Source: an uncultured Gammaproteobacteria bacterium (GTDB lineage Bacteria > Pseudomonadota > Gammaproteobacteria > Steroidobacterales > UBA11654). From it: DNA of 64,000 nt. The position numbers were made by a program, and so were the translations under genes. The notes below the pieces were generated by a model. It was given only the letters and a program-made list of their open reading frames with translations. It was not told the origin of the DNA and did not search any database. Of the stretch, positions 27,803 through 36,564 are shown piece after piece. Each line of letters opens with the position of its first letter. Position 1 is the stretch's first letter. Where the stretch lies: contig CACJRN010000008.1 in assembly GCA_902595845.1 (NCBI GenBank), forward strand, positions 2,153 through 66,152. Reading direction: 5' to 3'.

Positions 27803-28611
27803 TGTTGAATCAGAGATCAAGATTCATCTTTTCTGCCCTTTGTTTCGGTTTTGCTTTTTTATACATCCCAATTCTTCTAGTCATCATTTACTCATTCAAT
27901 GACTCTCGATTGGTAACCGTATGGGGCGGATGGTCATTTAGATGGTATGTCGAGCTATTCAACAATGAGAATATTTTAAATGCAGCACTATTGAGTTTTC
28001 AGATAGCTGCCATCACAGCAACATTTGCAACAATCATGGGAACGATGGCTGGCTTTATCATGGCAAGAATAAAAAAATTCAGAGGAAGATTGTTATTCTC
28101 AGGAATGATTGCTTCTCCATTGGTGATGCCTGAAGTGATCACTGGGTTATCTCTACTTCTTTTATTTGTATCATTGCAAGATTTCATAGGTTGGCCAACT
28201 TCAAGAGGAATGAACACGATTACGATCGCGCACATCACATTTTCCATGGCCTATGTTGCAGTGATCATTCAGTCAAGATTAACTGAGATCAATGAATCAT
28301 TAGAAGAAGCCGCGATGGATTTAGGCGCAAGGCCACTTCGAGTTTTATGGGACATTACTCTTCCAATCATATTTCCTGCGATGATCTCTGGATGGCTTTT
28401 ATCATTCACCCTGTCTTTGGATGATCTAGTCATTGCCAGTTTTGTTTCTGGTCCTGGAGCAACCACTCTTCCTATGTTGATATTCTCCAAGGTTCGACTG
28501 GGTGTCTCACCAGATATAAATGCATTGGCCACAATCTTAATTGTTGTGGTCACATTAGGATTGTGTATTGCTGCTTGGATCACATCGAGGCAAAATAGGT
28601 CAGCCAAATAA
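27802..28611 (+). CDS. polyamine-type ABC transporter permease (PotC/PotI-like)
   Basis: Start trimmed from 27694 to ATG 27802 (TAATG overlap, MLNQRSRF). EAA loop LEEAAMDLGARPLRVLWDITLP. Confidence 0.85.
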   Translation: MLNQRSRFIFSALCFGFAFLYIPILLVIIYSFNDSRLVTVWGGWSFRWYVELFNNENILNAALLSFQIAAITATFATIMGTMAGFIMARIKKFRGRLLFSGMIASPLVMPEVITGLSLLLLFVSLQDFIGWPTSRGMNTITIAHITFSMAYVAVIIQSRLTEINESLEEAAMDLGARPLRVLWDITLPIIFPAMISGWLLSFTLSLDDLVIASFVSGPGATTLPMLIFSKVRLGVSPDINALATILIVVVTLGLCIAAWITSRQNRSAK

Positions 28612-28629
28612 TCCTTTTAAGAAAATACT

Positions 28630-30630
28630 ATGGTCAAAGATGAACACTCAGCCCTAAAGGCATCTTTCGAGAGAGCGCTCGAATTTTTGAATGCTGGTGA
28701 TCATGTCATGGCGGAAAAGATCTGCAGAAAAGCAATTAAAGAAATCTCCAACAGTGATCCAAACATACAGGTTCTGCTTGCTGTTTCCCTGATTAGACAA
28801 GGACGCTCAGGATCAGCTGTGAAACGATTAAAGCACACACTGAGAGCATTTCCAGATTTCCCGCCTGCTCATGAAGAATTAGGCAATGCGTTGTTGGCTC
28901 AAAATAAACCCGAAAATGCGATTGAAGCATTTAAAAAAGTACTCCAACTCAAACCAGATAATGCCGGTGCAATGATTAAACTCGGGAAAATATATAAACA
29001 ACTTGGAAGAAATGATGAGGCCAATGAATTTTATAAATCTGCACTCTCACTTGAGCCAACAAAAGAACGTCTTGCAACAGCTGCACAAGCATTCGCAAGG
29101 GGAGAAATAGAAAAAGCTGAAAAAATTACCAGAGAGACTTTAAGAGAGTATCCAGATGATGTGGACGGATTGAGATTACTGGCAAGCATTGCAAATAAGA
29201 TGGAACAAAGGCCCGATGCGATTACCCTTCTAGAAAGGGCAGTTCAAATCAAGCCAAGATTCGCAGGTGCATGGGCTGATCTAGCTGAAACATATACCGA
29301 ATCTGAGGATTATGGAAAGGCATTGGATGCAGTTCAAAGAGTGATCAAACTTCAGCCAAAATTACCATTCGGACATATGATCAGAGGAAGTATTCTAGGT
29401 AAAATGGATGATCATGAAGGCTCAATAAAATCCTATAAGAACGCTCTCGAAATAGAGCCCCAGCACATTGGAAGCAACATGGGCTTGGGCAATATTCTCA
29501 AGACCATTGGTCGATATGATGATGCTGTCGCTTCGTATAAAAAATGCATTGAAGCACAACCCATGTTCTCAGAAGCATATTGGAGTCTTGCGAATCTAAA
29601 AACATATACATTTGAAGAGTCAGAAATAGAGAAGATGGAGGAGCATATTCAGAATCCTGATCTCCCCCCAACAAGCAAAGCTTTTTTTCATATCGCGCTA
29701 GCCAACGCAAAAGAAAAACAAAAGAAATTCGGTGAGGCCTGGTATCACTTTTTCACAGGGAATGAACTGAGGAGGCAAACTGAAATCTATGATTCTGTGA
29801 CAACCCAAGTGACTCATGAAGCCTTGATGGAAACATTCACCAAAGACTTTGTTAAGACCACCAAAGGAAAGGGTTGTCAAAGTGATGCGCCAATATTTAT
29901 TCTTGGACTGCCAAGGTCAGGCTCAACATTGGTTGAGCAAATTCTGGCAAGCCATAGCAAAGTCGAAGGCACGAGAGAGTTGCCTGACATATCCCTGCTT
30001 GGAAGAAAGTTGACAAAAATAAAACCACCTGGGATCAAATATCCTGATGCTGTCAAACACATGACCGATGAAGAAATGACTGAATTTGGTGAAGATTATC
30101 TCAAAACATCGATGAGATACAGAACAGACAGGCCCTACTTCATTGATAAAATGCCCAATAACTTTGCACACATTGGATTCATTAAAACGATTCTTCCAAA
30201 TGCAAAAATCATCAATGCAAAAAGACATCCATTAGACAGCTGTGTCAGCTCATTCAAGCAATTATTTTATAAAGGTCAGTCTTGGAGCTATGACCTCTTT
30301 GAAATAGGAGAGTACTATCTTGAATATATTCGTTTGATGAACCACTGGCATGAAATATACCCAGGCGACATCTATGACATCAGTTATGAAAGCCTGATTG
30401 AAAATCAAGAAGAAGAAACAAAAAAACTAATTGATTACTGTGGTCTTGATTGGGAAGAAGGATGCCTAAAGTTCTATGAAAATAAACGATCGGTTAATAC
30501 CGCGAGCTCAGAACAAGTGAGACAACCAATCTATAAAGGTGCAATGTTCGCATGGAAGAATTATGAATCTGAATTGGGTCCACTGATTGAGATTTTAGAG
30601 CCCGTACTCGACGAGATACCAAAAGCTTAG
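28630..30630 (+). CDS. TPR-repeat protein fused to a PAPS-type sulfotransferase domain
   Basis: 666 aa. The N-terminal ~400 aa are TPR-like repeats. The C-terminal domain has a 5'-PSB-like motif LGLPRSGSTLVEQIL and a downstream RHPLDS motif. Confidence 0.8.
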   Translation: MVKDEHSALKASFERALEFLNAGDHVMAEKICRKAIKEISNSDPNIQVLLAVSLIRQGRSGSAVKRLKHTLRAFPDFPPAHEELGNALLAQNKPENAIEAFKKVLQLKPDNAGAMIKLGKIYKQLGRNDEANEFYKSALSLEPTKERLATAAQAFARGEIEKAEKITRETLREYPDDVDGLRLLASIANKMEQRPDAITLLERAVQIKPRFAGAWADLAETYTESEDYGKALDAVQRVIKLQPKLPFGHMIRGSILGKMDDHEGSIKSYKNALEIEPQHIGSNMGLGNILKTIGRYDDAVASYKKCIEAQPMFSEAYWSLANLKTYTFEESEIEKMEEHIQNPDLPPTSKAFFHIALANAKEKQKKFGEAWYHFFTGNELRRQTEIYDSVTTQVTHEALMETFTKDFVKTTKGKGCQSDAPIFILGLPRSGSTLVEQILASHSKVEGTRELPDISLLGRKLTKIKPPGIKYPDAVKHMTDEEMTEFGEDYLKTSMRYRTDRPYFIDKMPNNFAHIGFIKTILPNAKIINAKRHPLDSCVSSFKQLFYKGQSWSYDLFEIGEYYLEYIRLMNHWHEIYPGDIYDISYESLIENQEEETKKLIDYCGLDWEEGCLKFYENKRSVNTASSEQVRQPIYKGAMFAWKNYESELGPLIEILEPVLDEIPKA

Positions 30631-31190
30631 ACTGATTTTGCCTTATCTCTGATATCAGGAGGCATGTAATCAAATATAAATGTTATACGATCCTCTTTGC
30701 CTCGGTTCATAACACTGTGAGTGTTTTGATTGTTGACTTCATAAACCTTTCCAACTTCCAGATGGAATGGTCTACCACCTATGGTGAAGCGAACAAGGTC
30801 ATTGGTTGTGATGGGAATGTGAATTCTATGGGCAATATGAAATGAAGGATGCTTGTCTGTATGAGGTGTGATTCTCTCACCAGCAAAGAGTTTAGCAGCC
30901 ATGGCTCTGATGATTGTCCCGCCGGGCTCATAATGCTTTTTGATTATTTCATCCATTAATGGGACAGCAGCCTCAGCCAGATGATCCCATGCTTTTTCTT
31001 TTGACACGACCAGTTCTGGCCAGCCATCACAGAATATCATAACGAGTGAACTCGTCTTTTTATGAACATCAAACGTTTCCTGACGCTGCAGATTTTCATT
31101 CCAACTCGCATCTTCAAGTGAAAGAATCTTATCAATCAATGGTTTTGAATTGATTTCGCCAAGATCTCTAAGTGGTGTTCCAATATCCAT
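30627..31190 (-). CDS. aspartyl/asparaginyl beta-hydroxylase-family Fe(II)/2-oxoglutarate dioxygenase
   Basis: 187 aa. Facial triad context is ITPHTDKH ... NTHSV. Its stop overlaps the convergent sulfotransferase stop. Confidence 0.75.
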   Translation of the reverse strand: MDIGTPLRDLGEINSKPLIDKILSLEDASWNENLQRQETFDVHKKTSSLVMIFCDGWPELVVSKEKAWDHLAEAAVPLMDEIIKKHYEPGGTIIRAMAAKLFAGERITPHTDKHPSFHIAHRIHIPITTNDLVRFTIGGRPFHLEVGKVYEVNNQNTHSVMNRGKEDRITFIFDYMPPDIRDKAKSV

Positions 31191-31317
31191 AAATTACCTT
31201 TGTTTTCTTAGATTTTAATTATTGGAGTCACTTATACAATCAGAATTAAATATTTTTATTGTGTATATAATTATATTCATAAATATATCAATAACTTATG
31301 TAATGTATTTTTTAGTT

Positions 31318-31357
31318 ATGTTGGATAAATACAACATGATTTGCTCTCATTTGCTCT
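31318..31357. promoter_or_regulatory. candidate operator upstream of the TonB-dependent receptor
   Basis: Inverted repeat ATGTTG-n8-CAACAT (31318-31337) directly abutting two copies of ATTTGCTCT at 10-nt spacing (31339-31347, 31349-31357). It lies inside a 298-nt AT-rich leader. Confidence 0.3.
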
Positions 31358-31488
31358 AAATATAATAAAGAGATTCATTTTTTGCCTTGATTAAAGCTGA
31401 TTATTGTTTACTATTCATTTGTTAGTGGGTGAAGTTAGGTTTATCCACTCTTAATATTTTTAATTTAATTTTGATAGGAATTTAAATT

Positions 31489-33873
31489 ATGTCGACACTT
31501 ACAAATACACAAAAAGTAACGAGTGTTGCTGCAGCAGTTACCGCTGCATTGGCCGGTTACACAACAGCACAAGCTCAGCTTGAAGAAATTGTTGTTACAG
31601 CGACAAAGAAGTCTGAAAGCCTTCAAGACATCGCAGGTAGCGTACAAGCAATCACTGAGGATACCCTGAAAAAAGCCAATATCGTTGGTATGGAAGATTA
31701 TGCAAAACTCATCCCGAGCATGAGTTATGTAAATTACACGCCAGGTACAGGTAAAGTTTATTTTAGAGGAATTGCAGATGATAACGGCACGTTCATCTCT
31801 GAGGAATCCTCTGCTCTATATCTAAATGAGCAACCAATAACTCAAGCTGGTATGGCAGCTGACGTTAGAATGGTTGATGTCAATCGAATAGAGGCATTAG
31901 CAGGTCCACAAGGAACGCTTTATGGTTCAAGCGCACAATCAGGTGCAATCAGAATCATTACCAATAAGCCTGATACATCTGAATTCTCTGCTACTGGGGA
32001 CATCACACTTAAAATGATGGACGAAGGTGAAAGCAGCTATGATGTAAGCGGTGTTGTCAATATTCCTATCTCTGACAACTTCGCAATCAGAGCTGTTGGT
32101 TTCACAGCAGAAGATGGTGGATTCGTAGACGTTGTTGATGGTAACAGTGCTAGATTTGGACTCAACAATAACTCAACGTTTAACCCAAGTGTTGTAAGAG
32201 ATGATGTCAACTCATTCAAATCAACTGGTGGTCGTTTGGCTGGTCAGTGGGATATGGATGATGGTTATTATCTTGTTGAATTCGCAACTCAAAATAACAG
32301 CGCTGAAGGATATAGCTACTTTGATCCAAGTGTGGGTGATCTTCAAAGGGTATCATTCTATGATGAGCCAAGAGACGATGATTGGACACAAATTGCACTG
32401 ACAATTGAAAAAGACCTTGGTTGGGCAACGCTAATCTCAGCAACTTCATACTTTGATCGCGACGTTTTCTACGTCAATGACAGAAGCACGTACTCAATGT
32501 ATTTTGGTACGTTCTGCTACTACTATAATGGTTATGCAAGCACATCAAGATATTGCTTCCAGCCAGTAGGAGTGAGCTATGCTTATAATGATGTCCCAGG
32601 ATTCAATATCCTTGATCAGTGGAACAGTTCAAAAACACAAGAGTTTAGACTTTCCAACCAAACTGATGATCTAGATTGGATCGTTGGACTTTTCTACCAA
32701 GAAAGGGAAGAAGGATGGGATTTCGAAACGGAAACTCACAACTACAGAAATTCACTAGGTTATCAAAACCAAATGAACTATGTGGCAACTTATCTTCCAG
32801 ATAGATTGCCAGTTGCTCCGAATGATATCTGGTGGGCTTCATATGATAGAACTGAGTGGGAAACCATGGCGGTCTTCGGTGAAGTAAACTACCGATTCGA
32901 TGAGAACTGGGAACTGACTCTTGGTGGTCGTTACTTTGACCGTGAAGCCAAAAAGAATTACTGGGTAGAAAATCCTAAAGGCGCTCTAGCGGCAGACGGA
33001 ATACTACCTAAGAATAAAGCAGATAACCCAGGTGACAGTGACTTCGTACCTAAGGTCAGCATTAAATACAATGTAGACGATGATACGATGGTCTATGGTC
33101 TTTACTCTGAAGGTTATCGACCAGGTGGTGTAAACCGAGGACGATCAACAGCTCCATTCTATCCTGATGTTTATGAGTCAGACTATCTTGAGAACACTGA
33201 GATAGGTCTGAAGACAGTTCTGATGGATGGCAACATGCAGTTGAATGTCACTTACTTCTCAATGGATTGGAATAACTATCAGTTAGAAGTTGTTGATCCA
33301 AGTAACTTGCCTTGTGGATCACCTGAAGCATATCCTGCGCCTCAATGTGGTCAGCCATGGCAAAAAGTGGTTGCCAATGTTGGAGAAGCTTCATCTGATG
33401 GACTTCAGCTAGAAACATTGAATGCGGTTGGAGACAACATGGAAATTGGATTCAATGCACAATGGGTGACAGCAGAACTTGATGAGGATCTCTCAGATGG
33501 TTCAGCACCAGCTGGCTCAAGATTGCCTCAGGTTCCTGAGTTCAAAGCGAATCTTTGGTTAGATACTTCAATTGATACTCAAATGATGGGTGCAAATGAA
33601 GGATTCTTCAGAGCCTCAGTATCATATACTGGCGACACAGTGAGTGCGGTACAACCGGGTTCTCAATTCATTCAAAAATCATATAAGAGTATTGATCTTA
33701 AATATGGTTTATTGGGTGACGATTGGGAAGTTAACCTCTTCATCAACAACGTAAGTGATGAAAGAGCGGATATCGCAGTGAACGACTGGTACTTTGATTT
33801 CTTCTTTGGGAATGCACGTCAATACGTGAATAGACCAAGAGAGGTTGGAGTCAGATACGTGAAACGCTGGTAA
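31489..33873 (+). CDS. TonB-dependent outer-membrane receptor
   Basis: 794 aa with a signal peptide, TonB-box/plug start (LEEIVVTATKK), plug motif (GPQGTLYGSSA), a long beta-barrel, and an aromatic C-terminus (RYVKRW). Confidence 0.9.
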   Translation: MSTLTNTQKVTSVAAAVTAALAGYTTAQAQLEEIVVTATKKSESLQDIAGSVQAITEDTLKKANIVGMEDYAKLIPSMSYVNYTPGTGKVYFRGIADDNGTFISEESSALYLNEQPITQAGMAADVRMVDVNRIEALAGPQGTLYGSSAQSGAIRIITNKPDTSEFSATGDITLKMMDEGESSYDVSGVVNIPISDNFAIRAVGFTAEDGGFVDVVDGNSARFGLNNNSTFNPSVVRDDVNSFKSTGGRLAGQWDMDDGYYLVEFATQNNSAEGYSYFDPSVGDLQRVSFYDEPRDDDWTQIALTIEKDLGWATLISATSYFDRDVFYVNDRSTYSMYFGTFCYYYNGYASTSRYCFQPVGVSYAYNDVPGFNILDQWNSSKTQEFRLSNQTDDLDWIVGLFYQEREEGWDFETETHNYRNSLGYQNQMNYVATYLPDRLPVAPNDIWWASYDRTEWETMAVFGEVNYRFDENWELTLGGRYFDREAKKNYWVENPKGALAADGILPKNKADNPGDSDFVPKVSIKYNVDDDTMVYGLYSEGYRPGGVNRGRSTAPFYPDVYESDYLENTEIGLKTVLMDGNMQLNVTYFSMDWNNYQLEVVDPSNLPCGSPEAYPAPQCGQPWQKVVANVGEASSDGLQLETLNAVGDNMEIGFNAQWVTAELDEDLSDGSAPAGSRLPQVPEFKANLWLDTSIDTQMMGANEGFFRASVSYTGDTVSAVQPGSQFIQKSYKSIDLKYGLLGDDWEVNLFINNVSDERADIAVNDWYFDFFFGNARQYVNRPREVGVRYVKRW

Positions 33874-33889
33874 TAATCCAATCGGATAT

Positions 33890-33919
33890 AAAAAAAGCCC
33901 CTTTCGAGGGGCTTTTTTA
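33890..33919 (+). terminator. rho-independent terminator (bidirectional-looking)
   Basis: A-run, 7-bp GC-rich stem AGCCCCT/AGGGGCT with a TTCG loop, then a T-run. It starts 17 nt after the receptor stop. Confidence 0.75.
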
Positions 33920-33969
33920 TTTCTATAAGCAAGATACAATAAGTTAATCATTAATTGTTAAGGGGAGAT

Positions 33970-35430
33970 ATGATTGGCACAGGTCCATATGATTCACTGC
34001 GTGAATATGTCGAAGCTATAGAAGAGCACGGGAAACTAATTCGCATCGATGAAATTGATCAGGATGCATATGAGCTAACTGGCTTCATGTACAAGCTATT
34101 GGATAAATATGGGTGGCTAGGTGCGCCAGCAGTCATCGTTGAAAGAGTAAAAATAGATGGTGAATGGATGGAAGGACCAATCCTCATCAATCAATATGGT
34201 ATGGGCGGGCATGAAGCACTTGTTGTCGGTGTGCCTCTTGATGAAATTGATCCAGAGGATCATATTCTCAACTACAAAAAATCACTTGATAAGATGTTGA
34301 ATGAGGTGCCGATTGAGCCCAAGAAGACAAAGGAAGTAAAGGCATCTGATGCACCAAGTAAAGAAGTTATCTTGAAAGGAGATGAGATTGATATCTTAAG
34401 CTTCCCATTTATACAAACCAACCCGGCTGATAATGGTCGATTCATCAATACGGGAAACTTAATCACCATTGATCCTGATGGTGGAAGAAATGTCGGTACC
34501 TATAGAATGCAGATCAAAGGGCCCAGGAAAATTGGCATCAGTCCTGAAAGAAATCAGGATGGATGGAAGGCGTTGATGGCGCACAAAGAAGCAGGTGAAA
34601 CACATGCCAATGTTGCTGTTGTGCTTGGCACTGACCCAATCGTTTTTGCTATGAGTAGCTCCAAGACTGCTCGTTCAGGTCAAGATGAATTAGAGATTGC
34701 AGGTGGTTTTAAGGGTAAATCAATTGAAGTTGTCAAATGCGAAGACTCAGACATTATGGTTCCTGCCAATGTTGAAATGATCATCGAAGGAGAAATACCA
34801 TTGGATGATCTTGAAGAAGAAGGTCCGTTTGGTGAGATGTATGGGTACATGGGACTGCCTCATGATGCTACTTTTTATATGAATATCAAGACAGTAACTC
34901 ATAGAAAGAATCCAATCGTTGTGAATCAGTTCACTGGTGTGACTAGAGGTTTTGTCACATCCCCGGGTGAAGCAGCATCAGTAAAAGGCTTTCAGAAATT
35001 TATGCCAGAGCTAAGGGGCTTTCATATTCCAATAGATCATGTGGGTTTTCTTTTTATCAGCATTGAGAAAACCAAACCGCATCAAGCCTTAGAGATTGCA
35101 GAGAAATTTAATTTCCTGCCCATTGGTAAAATTGTGATCGTGGTTGATGAAGATGTGAATATTCATAGTACAAAAGAAGTCTTCCAAACTGTTGGGGCAA
35201 GATGGCAACCATTTCCAGGCGCAAAAACAATTGAGGATGGGCCAGGATTCTTTTTGGATCCAAGCGCACGAAATAGAGGCAAGTCCTCAAGAATATTAAT
35301 TGATGCAACAAGACAACTGCCTGAGGAGAATGGGCCAGATGTATATCCAAAGCTGAATCGTGAACATCTTTTAGAGCATGATCCAGAGATCTTAGAACTA
35401 GTAAATGAAAAATGGGGGCACTTAATCTAA
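33970..35430 (+). CDS. UbiD-family (prenylated-FMN-dependent) decarboxylase
   Basis: Start trimmed to ATG 33970, preceded by AAGGGGAG. UbiD-typical length and the motif EEEGPFGEMYGYMG. Confidence 0.8.
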   Translation: MIGTGPYDSLREYVEAIEEHGKLIRIDEIDQDAYELTGFMYKLLDKYGWLGAPAVIVERVKIDGEWMEGPILINQYGMGGHEALVVGVPLDEIDPEDHILNYKKSLDKMLNEVPIEPKKTKEVKASDAPSKEVILKGDEIDILSFPFIQTNPADNGRFINTGNLITIDPDGGRNVGTYRMQIKGPRKIGISPERNQDGWKALMAHKEAGETHANVAVVLGTDPIVFAMSSSKTARSGQDELEIAGGFKGKSIEVVKCEDSDIMVPANVEMIIEGEIPLDDLEEEGPFGEMYGYMGLPHDATFYMNIKTVTHRKNPIVVNQFTGVTRGFVTSPGEAASVKGFQKFMPELRGFHIPIDHVGFLFISIEKTKPHQALEIAEKFNFLPIGKIVIVVDEDVNIHSTKEVFQTVGARWQPFPGAKTIEDGPGFFLDPSARNRGKSSRILIDATRQLPEENGPDVYPKLNREHLLEHDPEILELVNEKWGHLI

Positions 35431-36387
35431 ATGAGCAAATCAGATATGAAAGCTTTTGAGAAAGGCGATATTTTAGTTGGCGCGACACTTCTTAATAATC
35501 CTGAAGATGACCATGCTGGGCCTGGAAGAATCATTCAATATGATTCTGATCTAAATCTCAAAGGAGTCCTATGGACTGAGAACACAACACATCTTGTTGG
35601 AGGTTTAAAGCTTGATTCAAATAAAGATCTTTGGGCCTTTGACAGCCAGAACTGCTCAGCAATCAAAGTAAGCTCATCTGGGGAGCAGATTGAACAAGCT
35701 GATTTTGGAGATCGATCATTCTCTAATGTGAATTTTTTGAGTAATGGTGAACTTTTACTCGGAGAGCATCTCACAGGTGATGAGAGCAATAATAAAGCAC
35801 TAGAGGGTCCAAGAAAATTAGGTACCGTGCTTCCTTTCATGCCTGGGACTGAAAGATATGGAGATGGAAACATCTATAAGTACTCTCAAGATGGTGATCA
35901 TATTGAAACTTTTGAGACTGAAACGCATGGCGGAATGCCAGGATTTCTCGGTGTCACCTCCTCTGCCATTACCCCAGATGAATCAAAAATTATTTATATC
36001 TCTGAATTGGGCAATCGCATTTTTCAGTTTGATATAGAGAATAATAAACAAATGGATGATCTCATTACATATGAACCCGATAGTGGGAATATGGTGATTG
36101 CAATTGCGTTCTCTTGTGTTGGAGACTTTTACTCCATCAAAGCAAACTTCAGAGAGGGCTTCTCTCTTTGTCGTCATGATCTTGAGTCTGGATCCATTCT
36201 TGATGAAAAAATCTTACCTGGACCTGGCTGGGCAACATTATGTCTATGCAATGATGGTCAACATGCTGTCATGGGCAACTTCTTTAACGGTCAAATTGGT
36301 AAATTTGAACTGGCATCAGGTCAAATGATTACGAGTGCTGAAACTGAAGTTGAGCGATCAGTGGCAGGCATTGCAGAATTTTCATAA
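35431..36387 (+). CDS. unknown protein, beta-propeller-like, translationally abutted to UbiD
   Basis: 318 aa. Its ATG immediately follows the UbiD stop (TAAATG). Repetitive beta-strand-like blocks, no signal peptide, no family recognised. Confidence 0.45.
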   Translation: MSKSDMKAFEKGDILVGATLLNNPEDDHAGPGRIIQYDSDLNLKGVLWTENTTHLVGGLKLDSNKDLWAFDSQNCSAIKVSSSGEQIEQADFGDRSFSNVNFLSNGELLLGEHLTGDESNNKALEGPRKLGTVLPFMPGTERYGDGNIYKYSQDGDHIETFETETHGGMPGFLGVTSSAITPDESKIIYISELGNRIFQFDIENNKQMDDLITYEPDSGNMVIAIAFSCVGDFYSIKANFREGFSLCRHDLESGSILDEKILPGPGWATLCLCNDGQHAVMGNFFNGQIGKFELASGQMITSAETEVERSVAGIAEFS

Positions 36388-36431
36388 TTGATAAAGTTTT
36401 TGAGAGGATATTAAATCCTCATGAATCCATT

Positions 36432-36473
36432 AAATCTCCTTATGCGAAAACCTTTCTCACCCATAGGAGATTT
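36432..36473 (+). promoter_or_regulatory. hairpin that would sequester the Shine-Dalgarno of a 26-codon ORF
   Basis: 9-bp perfect stem AAATCTCCT (36432-36440) / AGGAGATTT (36465-36473). The right arm contains the AGGAGA SD located 7 nt before ATG 36477. Confidence 0.3.
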
Positions 36474-36476
36474 ATC

Positions 36477-36557
36477 ATGAAAAAAGAAAATATGTTTGGC
36501 GCGTGTGCCTTTGTTGTTATCAGCTCAATGTTTTATGTAGTTGGATTGATTCTTTGA
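36477..36557 (+). CDS. candidate 26-aa hydrophobic peptide
   Basis: Hand translation gives MKKENMFGACAFVVISSMFYVVGLIL*. Strong SD. Not in the ORF track because of its length. Confidence 0.2.
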   Translation: MKKENMFGACAFVVISSMFYVVGLIL

Positions 36558-36564
36558 CAAAGCA

